A model generated the notes under the pieces. The model was not told the origin of the DNA, made no database searches, and saw nothing but the letters and a program-made list of their open reading frames with translations. From contig OZ024740.1 in the NCBI GenBank assembly GCA_964016885.1, forward strand, positions 88,102,001-88,166,000: a stretch of 64,000 nt of DNA, read 5' to 3'. This document shows, piece by piece, positions 1 to 12,330 of the stretch. The DNA comes from Eledone cirrhosa (lineage: Eukaryota). Positions within the stretch are counted from its first letter, which is position 1, and each line of letters opens with the position of its first letter. The translations under genes were made by a program, and so were the position numbers.

Positions 1-42
1 GAACTCCCATTTCAAAATATGTATATACAAATTAATAATTAT

Positions 43-410
43 CTAGTTGATAAGAAAATTAGTATGTTGTGATTCAATATGGAGCTTTGTAGTTATGTAA
101 GAGGTATTTCGAGACGCGTGGACAACGTGTGAAGATTTTCATTTCTCGTGTTTAGGCAATCACTATTGCATAATCTCTTTACAATATTTATTCGTTCATC
201 AATACATAGTCCACACGACGGATTTCCCCTTGTGTATGGCTTGGACTTAGTGATGGCTTTCCATTGAATGGAGTAGTCTATAACTTGAGTCCCTGAGGGA
301 CCATACGTGGCTCGCGAGTTTCGTGGATGAACGTCTGTCCGGGTACCTAAAGGTACATAACTACAAAGCTCCGGATTGAATCACAACATCCTAATTTTCT
401 TATCAACTAG
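43..410. repeat. 57-bp inverted repeat (43-99 / 354-410) containing degenerate hammerhead-like cores
   Basis: ctagttgataagaaaattag.atgttgtgattcaat..ggagctttgtagttatgta is on + at 43-99 and on - at 410-354 (3 mismatches). Each arm starts with TTGATAA. The + arm is followed by GAGAC-GC-GT (111-119) and the - arm by GAAAC-TCGCGA-GCC (322-309). Confidence 0.6.
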
Positions 411-611
411 TAACTTTCGGACTTTCGCAGTTATCTCCCTTACACCTCTTACACGCTTTTTAGTATTGCCTGTGTGAGGTGAAGGTTTCTGCGCATGCGC
501 GTTCGTACGGTTGTCCTTCCTGTTCCGTATAACCATGTCCATTGCGAGCTGAGGATCCGCTAAGGTGAAACAATTGTTCTCGGTATGGTGAACTAACTGT
601 TGTGTAAACAC

Positions 612-646
<35 letters not shown>

Positions 647-983
647 CAATGTGCGTATGTGTGTATGTATTTATATATATATATATCATGTTAACTGTAA
701 TATTACCAGCACGTATTACTGATAAAGATATTGGCAATGCGTCGCAAAAGTTTTATGAATCTGTGAAACACCAAGTGAATACAATTTATTGAATAGAATA
801 TAATTCTTACGCAGCCAACGCCACTGTCCTAATTTTCTGATATATATTAAAATATTGAAAGTATAAACACAGATATTTTTCTTCAGGCATAAAAAATGTT
901 CTATGTGTGTATGGAACTGTGTCTTGTACGTGCATGTAAGTAGTAATTCAAGTATTTATGTAAATATATACATGTATAACTAA

Positions 984-992
984 ATATATATA

Positions 993-1075
<83 letters not shown>

Positions 1076-1145
1076 CTGTATATATATGTATATATATATT
1101 ACACTCACATACATACACACACACGCCAATATATATATATATATT
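984..1145. repeat. Compound (TA)n/(TG)n/(CA)n microsatellite
   Basis: Seen directly; further (TA)n tracts at 615-641 and 672-687. Confidence 0.95.
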
Positions 1146-1842
1146 AATTCTGGTAACATTCATTTCGAAATAATATTATATTTAATGTTTCTAAAAGTAA
1201 AAATAATAAAAAAAATAATAAAAAATCACACCGATATTAATATTATTTTGTATCTATGATTATTTGTAATTTTATGTGTTGCAAATCATTGAATTGAAAC
1301 CACCAAGGAAAACAGGCTTCTTGAAAATATATAAATTTTCTCACCCACTTCAATATTTTTTGGAAAGATTTGACTTTTATTTTTGTTATTATAGTTTTTG
1401 ATTTTTTTCACGTTCTTTTTTCTCGTTATTTCTTTTTTGTTTAGTAATCTATGGCTATACACTTGCATAACATATGTTATTTTCGCAAATAATATGATTG
1501 TCTTCTGGGATATTATAAGAATTATCTTTAATTTTCTTGGCTTGCCCCTCAAATACTGAAGATAGGACGCCATCTTTTAAATTTTATTTTTTATATATGT
1601 ATCTATTTTGATTTTGAAACATTTTAATGTCATAAATATCAGCCGTTATTTATTTCATTAAACATTTCAATATTGGTTTATTTTAATTAAACTTTTAAAA
1701 AATGTCCCGAATATTGATGGTATATCCATGTATTTCTCGAGAAAATGGAAATTTTCGACTGAAAATGAAAACTGCATGGTGGACTCCGCTGATTGGGAAA
1801 AATGGCTATAAATATACATTTAGTCTTATTAATTGTATTTTT

Positions 1843-2005
1843 GGCACAAGGCCAGCAATTACTCCAGTGCTTTATTTTATCGACTCCGTAAGGATGAAAG
1901 GCACAGCTAACCTCGGCAGGATTTGAACTCAGAAAGTAAAGAGCCATATCTCTATGCTGCAAAGCATGGTATCTGACGCTCTACCGTTACTGGCAATCCA
2001 CCGCC
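1843..2005 (+). mobile_element. SINE-type interspersed repeat fragment (resembles the abundant Octopus SINE 3' part)
   Basis: ggcacaaggccagcaatt...tttattttatcgactccgtaaggatgaaaggcacagctaacctcggcaggatttgaactcagaa. Diverged copies of the same motif occur at ~12240-12330, ~12513-12560 and ~13960-14050. Family assignment is from recall. Confidence 0.7.
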
Positions 2006-2427
2006 AATATTTAGTCTTTAATAGTAATGATATCACAGTAGTGGAAAGCCGAAACATTCATTAAAGTTACTGTTATCGATGGTATTAACACTATTAAATG
2101 ATAGGCACCATTGCGGCATTTTTATTAAACTACGATGTGATCTTATTGTAGATCACTTCGCTTGGTGGGTAACATTGTATGGATGCCGTGAACAATAAAT
2201 AAAGCACGATAAAGATGAGAGATTCATTTAACTGTGGTTCATTTAATTCACGCCAACCATTGAAAGAACAATTGTTGGCCGTCACTAATCAATCAGACAC
2301 TCGAACTCTATATATTGTCTTACGTTCATATCGCTTTTACTAGTCGTGTCTACAGAATGGTTGAGAAAAGATTAGTGGGTCCACCGTATGAATAGTCGCT
2401 TCTTTGGCTTCTTTCCATAACAGATTC

Positions 2428-2430
<3 letters not shown>

Positions 2431-2465
<35 letters not shown>

Positions 2466-2535
2466 TGAGAGAGATGGAGAGAGAGAGAGGGGGGGAGGTA
2501 GAGATAGAGATAGTTAGATAGATAGAGAAAGAGAG
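2431..2535. repeat. (GA)n/(GATA)n microsatellite
   Basis: Seen directly. Confidence 0.95.
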
Positions 2536-2764
2536 TTGAGGAAATAGTCCCCTGTATTTGGATAGTCTTTATTAGATCTCGAAGGGATGCAAGACAAAAT
2601 TGGCGTCGAGGAGATTTGAATTCCGAAAGAAATATACAGGAAAAACGTATCTTTGAGTGCATCCGTAACTATGTATCTTCCCCTGAATAAAGCAATAGAT
2701 GTATGATGAACTAAGATAATAAAACTGAATTATTGTTCGTGCAACTGTCGGAGGTCATTAATAA

Positions 2765-3990
2765 CAGTGGTCAACACATTTTTTGTTGACTTAGGTTTTG
2801 TTGCTGCTTTAAGCTAATTCTGAGGTACTGATTTCAAATATAGCATCCATTTTCTTCTAACACATCAGGTTTTCATTCTATAGCACATCCCTATTTTATC
2901 ATGCACTGTATGAATAATATGATTTACTTAGGATGGATCACTAAGTCTAATAGCTTGAAATAATAAATTATAATGTCAATAGAATCTGATATGATAGATG
3001 AAATATAAGATAACATCACCTTTTATTAAATGCATCTTGTTAATCCTCAAATAAAATGGGTAAAGTACAAACAATCTTACACTAACCAACATATTCATGG
3101 AACAAATTTTCGCTTACGAGAGCACCTGGTGTTTTTCATGTCATTGAATACTCCAACAGTAGTCTGCCATCATGTGTGTGTTCCATCTACCTTAATATCT
3201 CTCCTCCATAACCTTGATATCTTGATGGAAGCGCTTGCTATGCTGATCATGCACGTCTCCAACATTAGCAGGAAGTTAATTGAGATAGCTCTTGAGGAAA
3301 TGAATCTTTGTGCTCATGTTGCAGCCTAAAAGATAAAAGCTATCAATCAATGTCTCCACCAAATCCTTGTAGTTTGCAGCTTTTTGCTGCCCCCAAATCC
3401 TTTCACAACAGACACAAATGAATTTCATGTTCCTTTTTTCTACATCAGTCATTTTGGCTCGAGACATTTTGGCATTTTATTAACTTTCTGATTTGTGTCC
3501 TGTGAACAACACCAGCCTATATTTTATAACAACGTAGACCAGGAAATGTACATATGAATTTGAAACAGCCACCCTCCACATTAAGAGCTTTGACAAACTG
3601 CTTCATTAGTCCTAGTTTAATATGAAGGGGTGGGAAGATGATTTCTCTCACCCAACAAGTGGTTGGTGTATAATATTCTTCTCCCCAACAGTCAAACTAT
3701 TTCTAACTGGCCAGTGCTTCTGTTCCCAATGTTTGTCTTCCGCTCAGCTCTCCCATAAACACAATAAACACGGATATTTTGTATACCCTCCTTATTGATC
3801 AAAATGGAGACTCTTTATAGATAGTTCAAAGAAGAGTCTAAAATGTGTATTACTCCAATATACAAACTTGTTAGGTGCAATTCCTATCAGTCACTCTCTG
3901 TACTTAAAAGAGGAGCATGAAAACATAAAAGCTGTATTAGATTTTCTCAAATATGATGATCACAAACGGGACATATGTGTGGATCTGAGA
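2765..3990 (-). mobile_element. Decayed DNA transposon, Chapaev3/CMC-like transposase pseudogene with internal inversion
   Basis: The minus strand 3797->3120 encodes Q*GGYTKYPCLLCLW...PPLHIKLGLMKQFVKAL...NYKDLVETLIDSFYLLGCNMSTKIHFL, with frameshifts. The plus strand 3800-3990 encodes the normally preceding block KWRLFIDSSKKSLKCVLL...ICVDL. A terminus-like sequence cagtggtcaacacattttttgttgacttagg lies at 2765. The superfamily name is from recall of the motifs. Confidence 0.75.
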
Positions 3991-4010
3991 ATACTATACG
4001 AAACCCGCGA

Positions 4011-4056
4011 GAGCTATCTCGATACACAATTAAGAGCTATCTCGATACACAATTAA
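4011..4056 (+). repeat. Perfect 23-bp tandem duplication
   Basis: gagctatctcgatacacaattaa occurs twice. Confidence 0.9.
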
Positions 4057-4255
4057 AACCTAAAATGCATGAAAACGAAACTTCATCGTTTTTCTTAATA
4101 TATATCACCACCAGTAATTCACTGAATATGAGGGAGCCCAACCTATATCAGTTTTGCCCAATGAAGGAATTAATGAAAATCAATTTATCAGAGCATAATA
4201 AATCTATATTTGGGAAAAGTAAACAAGATTAGAAATAATTTTATTATGTTCTAAT

Positions 4256-4901
4256 AAATTGATTTTTATTAATTCCTTCATTGTCCAAAACTGGTATTGG
4301 TTGGACTCCCTCATATGTGTGTTTATACTTGTGTATAAATATATATGTCTTCAATTAAGTTGTTAATTACTCCCCTACAGTGGAGTATAGATTTTGGCTG
4401 AATCGGACTGCTTTCTCTAGCAGCCTGTTACTTGCTATTGTCCACCTACCTGTTGACCATTAATGACGTGATAATTCTTCCATTCGATATTATCGCTGGC
4501 AGCAAGTAACTCAGAGGAATGTTTCTTGATTGAGAAGTTCCTTGATGAGCCAGGACTTATCAAAGTGTTCAAAAACTGCGCTTACTCAAGGAAACTGCAT
4601 CGGGACATCAAAGTAAATAGGTAGGTAAAAAAAATGTTCTTATCTTGTTTACTTTTCACAAATATAATTATGTTATGCTCTCAAAAATTGATTTTTATTA
4701 ATTCCTTCCTTGAACAAAAATGAAATTGTTTGGACTCCCTCATTTTATGTTTATACTTGTGTATAAAACATATATATAACTCCAATTAATTTGTAAACAC
4801 ACACACATGTAGATATATATATTTGTTTTGCAAGATTTTTCATATGAAATCGTATTTATGGCAATAATATTACAGCAATATGACCCTTGCCAAGTATAAC
4901 A
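4256..4901 (+). mobile_element. Non-coding PLE-related cassette: partial tandem repeat (period ~429 bp) ending in a PLE-like 3' terminus at (TA)n
   Basis: 4256-4363 is imperfectly repeated at 4685-4794. 4859-4901 is the reverse complement (38/43) of 18369-18411, the 3' end of the GIY-YIG element. Both ends abut (TA)n. Confidence 0.6.
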
Positions 4902-5139
4902 ATATATATATATATATGTATGTATGTATGTATGTTCTCCTGGTTTTATAATTTCACAAATTTTTTCACAATAGAGAGAGAGTCGGTTTCTAACATAGAC
5001 ACAAGACTCTCTCATTGGAATTTACACAACATCAACTAGGTAGATTATGTGTGCATGCATGTGTAGATATGGATATTATTGTATGTGTGGATGTGTATGT
5101 TTTGAGTTGTATGTGTGCATGTGTATATGCTTTGTATCT

Positions 5140-5830
5140 GTATTTTTCGAATGTTTTACATATTTTTACTGTTCCATTAATGGATTGTACTTGTAATTTC
5201 CTAACTAGTTGTGTTCTTTCTGTTCCTGTGAAGATTTGTATTGAGGCAGTTACTAACATACCCCAGTGCCCCATTAATCACAGGCATACATCTGAAGGTG
5301 TAATCAGGGTGGAGTATCTGCAGATTTCTCATCAGTTCTGATTAAATATTCTCCTTTTCGCTAATCTTTGATATTACATTGGCATCTGCTGGGCAACTAA
5401 TTTCCACTACTGTGCATGCTTTCTTCTCCCTGTCCCATATCATAATATCTGGTCTGTTATGCCTGCATTTTATTGGGGTTTTGACTGGAACATTCTCTTT
5501 CATATTATGTATTGGATGTCTTCCACATTGCTGTAGCTTTTAATGTGTTTATTATCGGGGCTATCTTTTTTACGAACTGCATTGATAGTACCGTGATGAC
5601 ATCTTTGGACAGCTGCTATTGACATGGGTGATATCCTCGATGTTAGTTCTGCAGAGTCTGCACTTGTTATCACATCTAGGTGTTTTGCCTGCATCCCTAT
5701 CTCTTTTGTGAATCAGGTATTTCGTGTTAATTTCCTGTTCTTGGATTGCAAAAGCGTATCCTTCAAAGTGGGAGCCAATATAGCGGTTGTTGGTCCAAGA
5801 TAGACTACTTTCTTTATCTATATTACTCTC
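5140..5830 (-). pseudogene. CCHC zinc knuckle and restriction-like endonuclease domain, frameshifted
   Basis: AIQEQEINTK...CRLCRTNIEDITHVNSSC, followed by NVPVKTPIKCRHNRPDIMIWDREKKACTVVEISCP (PD-x-E motif) and C-terminal KLQVQSINGTVKICKTF. Confidence 0.88.
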
Positions 5831-7355
5831 ACTCTGGAGCTTCCTGGCAACATATCCATGCATGATTTATTTGCTGATAAGCATGCAGTTTTCCATACAT
5901 GGATTCACTGCGATACTGCTGAGCGACTTCCCTGGGTATGAGTTTTTGATTATTACACAGGGAATATCTCTCGAGGAGTTCCTTCCCAACTCTCACGATC
6001 TTATCTGTTTCATGCAGATAGACTTGCTCGAGAAACGGGCTCTTACGCTTCGAGGTTCGTAGATGTTGTCGGAGGGATATGATGCGACATTCAAATGCTG
6101 TCTGGACTGATATTAGGCTTCTGCCTCCCTGCTTACGTTTCAAGTAAAGGCGGTCTATGTCACTGTTGATGTGGAAGTTTCCGGTGTTTAGTATTTTTCG
6201 AGTTCCTACATCAACTGCTCGGCTTTCGTCTATCGTCCAATTGAGTATTCCAAACGTTGGTGTTAGGACAGGCACAGCAAACACATTGTGAGCCACTGTT
6301 TTATTTTGCGCAGAGTTCCGATGACCAAATCTTTCTTAATCGGGTGTAGTATTCCCTGGTTACGCGTTCCTTATTACAGATACCATTATAAGATATGTTG
6401 TCACCTATCCCCAGGCATCTGTAGCAGTCCTCATCAGAAACAATTAGGCCATTGATGACAATGTTGCTAGATTGGGTTGTTGTTTTTCCCGGCTTTACAG
6501 TCATTCATGACCATTTATCTTGGCCAAATTCCATTCCTATATCCTTTGAGAATGTTGTAACGAGGTCAATTTTTTCTTCATCCCATCCAAGTTCTTGGCA
6601 TAGTTTCAGATCATCCACAAAGAAATTATGGGTTAGGTTCGTATTTCTGTCCTCCTGTGATCCAATGATGTATCCTTCACATTTCTTGAGCAGAAAGGAT
6701 TTAATGACAGAGTGAATAATATCACAGAGAGACTGTCTCCCTGAAATATACCCCTGCGATATTTTATTTTATCAGTGAAAATAGAATCCTTCCTCTCTGT
6801 CTTTAACCTTAGGATAGTAGCCCAAGAAGAAGACAGCTTCTCTATGGCTCTGACAATAATGTCTGGGACTTTAGCAAGTTGGAGGGCCTCTATCATCCAA
6901 GAGTGAGGAACAGAATCGAAAGCTTTCCTGTAGTCTAGCCAGACTGTAGCCATATTCCTCCTAAGTTGTCGCACCTCCGACATCGCAGTTTTGTTGATTA
7001 GGAGTGGTTCAACACATCCCCAAACCCCCTTCTTTCCATTTGCTTGTTCATCTGTTATGATGTTATTATTTTCACAGTGATCTTGGAGGAATAGGTTCAG
7101 GCAGGCTGTATACATCTTATACATCAGGTTCTGGCATGCAATGGGTCGGTAGTTTTTTGTCAAGTGGGTGTCTTTGTTCTTGGGGACCAGTAATGTTTGT
7201 GTTAATGTCAACCATTCTGGTATAAGTGCATCTCCCTTAAGAACTTGTTGGTAGAGGTCAGTAAGATACCTCCGATAGAATATCAGTTTTTTGTACCAGT
7301 AGCCGAAAATCATGTCTCTTCCTGGTGTTTTCTTATCTTGGAGTTTTCCTATCAC
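5829..7355 (-). pseudogene. Reverse transcriptase (plus thumb) of the R4/Dong-like element, frameshifted
   Basis: Motifs PGRDMI..YWYKKL, NYRPIACQNLMYK, WLDYRKAFDSVPHSW, RGIFQGDSLS, and LTHNFFVDDLKL in another frame at ~6601-6636, then DRLYLKRKQGGRSL. Split across several ORFs. Confidence 0.92.
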
Positions 7356-8134
7356 AGTCTCAAGGGTACCCTCACTTATTTCGTATGTTTTTGTTGTAGT
7401 GTAGTAGCAATAGCTTTTTCAGATTTCTTTTAGCCACATTACATCTTGGTTGAAATTCTTATTTTCACTCCATATTTTGCTCCAAAAGGAATCTGTCTTT
7501 CTGGGATGGGGCCTCAATGACATTTATTATTTTGTTTTTCATATCTCTGTAGACTGATGTTTGGTTTCGGCTGAATCTTTTATTAAGCACTTTTCTTTCA
7601 ACTACCTTCTTCAGATATCAGCGTTTTTCGCTAACAGCTCTCAATTCTTGTTTGAGGGTGATCAGCTTATATTGAAGAGTTCTGGTTCTACTGTTACCAA
7701 ACATCGTCTCTATTTTATTTTTCACTCTTTGTTGGTGAGGAGTGAAGATTTTTTGTGTTTGTTTGCATGTAAGGAGCAATGTCACATGTCCTATGTTTTT
7801 TCGTAGGTCAGCAATCTTTCTTTCTATTTTAGTGATATATGATGGTATTTTTGGTGGTGTTTTGTTCTTGTTAATATCTCTGTTATCACCAAAATAATGC
7901 TTCACTGTCGTTGCTAAGGCATATAAACAGGCGTTGATTTGCCAAATGTTGGGGTTTTTATCTGTCGTAAATATTCATCCCTATTTCGTCAGTAACACGT
8001 AATATTTCATTATTTGTTTTTTAAAAAAATTAAATATCGTTGTTTTAATACGTTCAGCAAGAGAAATGTTTATACATGAATTAATTTCTCTCTGGAAGAT
8101 TTCGTTGAGAGAAATTTTCAATTGTTTATACTTT

Positions 8135-8310
8135 TGATTATTATCATTATCGATAGTATTTTCCACAACAGTCGAGGTAGACTTGGATGGTACACGTGGT
8201 GTCAAATTTCTTCGATTATTATTATTATTTCTTCAATTATTATTATCGATAATGTTTTCCCCAGCATTCGAAGTAGACTTAGATGGTACACGTAGTGTCA
8301 CATTTCTTAC
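8135..8310 (-). repeat. Imperfect tandem duplication (~100-bp period) in the 5' region of the retrotransposon
   Basis: Encodes TLRVPSKSTSNAGENIIDNNN and TPRVPSKSTSTVVENTIDNDNN. Confidence 0.75.
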
Positions 8311-8356
8311 AGGCATAGTTGTTTCAATGCATGTATGTATGTATATATAAATACGC

Positions 8357-8573
<217 letters not shown>

Positions 8574-10249
8574 GTAACATATAATATATACAACCCCACA
8601 CATGCATACTTAATCATATTTGTCTGTATGGCTTCCTGCATCCTGGAAGGAATCTTTAAACTGATATCGGTCAAGCTACCAATATGACTTTCTCGATATT
8701 CAGTCGTGCATCTCGTCAAAGACACAAAATAATTCTTTGTCTGCTGAAGATGAATACACTCCTTACATAAGCGTATATACCCTGGCATATACGCGCACAG
8801 ACATAGTTTCATTCGTTTACATTCACTTTGAAATCGTTTGATCAATGCAATAGTATTATGAATGCCATTGATCTGTAATGTAGGAATGATTATTCTTTTT
8901 GTAATGGATATAATGCTTCTTATGATTAAAATACTTTTAATAGTTATTATACATCGTATGGGTTATTATGCTCTTGGACCTGTTAGACTTCTAATGGTTA
9001 TTATGCTTTTTACGGCTTTACAGTTCATAATCTTGTAATTTCATCTCTTAATCCATAACGTGTTTGAAAATGTATTACTCGGTCTCTTCTTGGTTGTCAG
9101 CAAGTGTCGCTTAGTCTTAATAACATATTGCCATCGAACTTCTCATCTTAGAAATCTCTTCTATCATCTTTCTTTTTAACTCTAATCTCAAAAATTGATT
9201 TCATAGACTTGGTTCTAACCTGAGTGAATATATTTCCTTTCTTGGGAAATCAAAAGAGCAGTTTTTATCGTTACTCACTAATTTAATATGTTGCTGCTTA
9301 ACTTTAGAACCGGAAATTTTCTCTAAAATATTCATAGAATATCCAGATAACGAAAGAATGGTTCAAATGATAACTTTTGTTAATAATGGTGACTTCAATC
9401 TTTTATTTTTTCACTCAATTCTTTTTCTCCTATTCACTTGATTATTTTTCTTCCTGATATTTTCCTCCAAATACCGTTTAATTCATAAATGTTCACGGTA
9501 CGTTACTGAACAACGGAACTGAGAATCTATGAATCTACGAAATATTTTCTTAAAAAAATAATAAAATACATTTTATATTTTTAATCTCACTAAATATTCT
9601 AAATTCTCATGAATACTTTAAGCACATTAAGATTCGATATATTGGTTTTAAGTTATGTATTTTTTCTTATTATTTCGCTGAAATTTCATCCAGATTTATC
9701 CTAACTTTACCGATATTACACTGTTGTAAACGTTTGTTATTCAGCTACTTCTCTGAAAGGTATTAAAATTCAGTTATATCTGGTGCACATTACATTAGAA
9801 ATATAATTGAAAATATTTCTTGGTTAGAGGTATAAGAAGATGAGAAACGCCTCTCCCCATTTGGAGTCGTGCCCAGCCTATCGAGAGCGACCGTTCTCAT
9901 GAAAACAATTGAGTCAGCACTGGAAGGGAAAATAATAATTTATCAATTTAACAGTGACATCACAAAATTACAGCCTGCTTTACAGCTTACATATTATTTT
10001 GATTTGTCTATTTACATTTACTATTACAGCATTTTGCGAGCAACAACGTTAGTTTCTAACGGATTAATCACTGATGCCGTACATTTAAGATGGTAAGATA
10101 GACAAAGCATTTTCATGCAACTCTAGTAACCATAAGCTACCTCCTTCGAAAGCACCAGTTAATCGGATATCTCAATATTATATATATGTCATATTGCCGA
10201 AATGTTCACGGATATACACGTACGTGCACACAATTCTACTCGCACGAAT

Positions 10250-10283
10250 GCACACACACACGCGTGAGAACACACACGCACAC

Positions 10284-10380
<97 letters not shown>

Positions 10381-10443
10381 CACACACACACATACACACA
10401 GACACACACACACACATATATATACATATATATATACATATAT
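10250..10443. repeat. (CA)n compound microsatellite
   Basis: Seen directly. Confidence 0.97.
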
Positions 10444-10950
10444 GCATTAATCAGTCAATAAATTATAGAGGTGAAAATTCCAAAGTTTCTGCGAAAGTGT
10501 ATATATCTAAACTATAATAAAGTAAGAATTGCGGGATGCGTACGGTTTATAATTTGTTATCCCCTTAGTAAAATAAGTTGGATTACTTTGAATAAATAAT
10601 GAATGAATATTACATAATTTATCTACTAAATTTCGTGGCTGTTCATTAAATATATTTTATTACTTATTTAAATATTCACTTCTTTAAAATGTTCAGATGT
10701 CAACACTTCCGGTTAACGGTCGCTTAAATAAATATTCATATATTTCTGTCACTAATTTTCTCCTAATGCAGTTTATATGAAATATCGTCTTTTTTTTAAT
10801 GTATCATGGATTACATTACTGATTAAATAAGACAGTGTAACACAGTCTTCGTTCAATTTCTGTGTATATTGTCAATTACGATTTTATTTGATGTATCATA
10901 TCTACATGAATATATATATGCGTATACTATCAATCTACACACTACACATG

Positions 10951-10988
10951 CTAGCAGAAAACCACCGGAAGGGTGGTTTTTCTGCTAG
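10951..10988. other. Isolated hairpin with CTAG ends
   Basis: ctagcagaaaaccacc-ggaag-ggtggtttttctgctag (16-bp stem, one bulge). Confidence 0.75.
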
Positions 10989-12239
10989 TAGTAATATCAT
11001 TTCGCTAGGGAAAAAAGCTTTCATTTTCAGATCCTCTGATACCATTGACATTGACTCAGTTCATATTGGCGGCTTCGGGAACGGAATATATTCATGAAAA
11101 GAAATTAGAAGAACCAACCTCCGTTTGAGGAAGGACTGGTTATATTAGTTAATATGGGCCTGTTGAAAGTGGAGGCACGCAATACGTGCAAGGAACAGAG
11201 GAAGTACGGTAAGTCAAGTGTGCCTGAGTTGAGGTGGCACAATCCACCCTAGCTGGTGTAGAAAATGAAGGGTAAGGAGAATACCATATGTCTGTTTAAC
11301 AGAGATTTCGGTGCCAATAACTTATCCATTTTCTAATATATCTTTTTCACTTTTTACGATTTTTTTTATAGTTAATAATGTTTCTTCTCAATACATGTAC
11401 TTCACTCATAAAGTTGACTTAAAAATCATTGATAATTATATAAATATGAAAAAGAAAGATTAAAACAGATCTGGTTGTATGGGAAAGTAGAGGGAAGGAC
11501 TATAAATGACACAAATGAGAGGAAAAGGAGGAAAAAAACAAGAATTCATAGGTCATAGAAGAAAGGAAGGGGGGAGGGAAGAAGGTGATGGTATCTGGGC
11601 CTAGGACCGAGTTGTGTTTGGGCTGCGCCCCACAGACACGGACAATATTCAGTGACACACGCTGCAACAGCTACCCCACCTCGCAGAGCTCCTTCCTCAG
11701 ATGGGCTGCTGATGTTTCGATTTTGCGGAGGAGCTCGGCAGTACGGGGTCTGAGGATGCCATAGGACTCGACGGTGACCGGTTTGAAGAGGAAGCGGACG
11801 AACAAGGCCCGGTATTGTTTCTCTTCCTGTCCTCTTCATTGCAGGCCGCAGTACCGGGGTTTGTGGCCGAAGCGACTAAGTTGGAGACGGAGAACGTATC
11901 ACATAAAGTTTTATTATGAATCACATTATGTTAGTGCTACAGCTAACTAATTCAAGCCACGCCGATATACACTATACGCAAAAAAGCATATTTTGTTGTA
12001 CGCAAAATGTATACAACTTATAGATTATTCTTGTCTCAATAACGAGAGAGTAAATGTCATTGAAGAAAAATTCACGAAAGACTACCATCTGACATTATCA
12101 CATGGTTACTGAGGTAGCTGCGACATACATGGCATACATCCTCTCTAGGTCTGAATACAGTAGATTTCTTCCAGAGAAAGAGAGAGAGAGAGAGAGAGAG
12201 CGAGAGAATAGAAGTGAGAAAGAGATAAAGAGGAAGATT

Positions 12240-12330
12240 CGACACCAGTACTAGACTGGAATTTTTTTTATTATCAAATTCGAATGGATGACCTCGGTGG
12301 GCTTTGAACTCAGAGAACAGAGAGCCGGAT
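12240..12330 (+). mobile_element. Degenerate SINE fragment
   Basis: gacaccagtactagactgg...ggatgacctcggtgggctttgaactcagag is similar to 1860-1945. Confidence 0.55.

Larger units (their letters stand above)
4935..8330 (-). mobile_element. Non-LTR retrotransposon of RLE type (R4/Dong-like), near full length, inactivated
   Basis: On the - strand the order is N-terminal basic region, RT, CCHC finger, restriction-like endonuclease. It is flanked by TA/TATG and GT/AT microsatellites. Exact ends are uncertain. Confidence 0.85.

Noticed and set aside
11685-11737. Possible type II hammerhead on the minus strand (GAGCUCCU...GAAAC...CUGAGGA-AGGAGCUC)
   Set aside because: There is no helix I or III pairing and no UH site; a 10-nt insert precedes GAAA.
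11546-11924. Short GC-rich ORFs as host exons
   Set aside because: No recognisable domain, and no supporting splice or exon chain elsewhere in the window.
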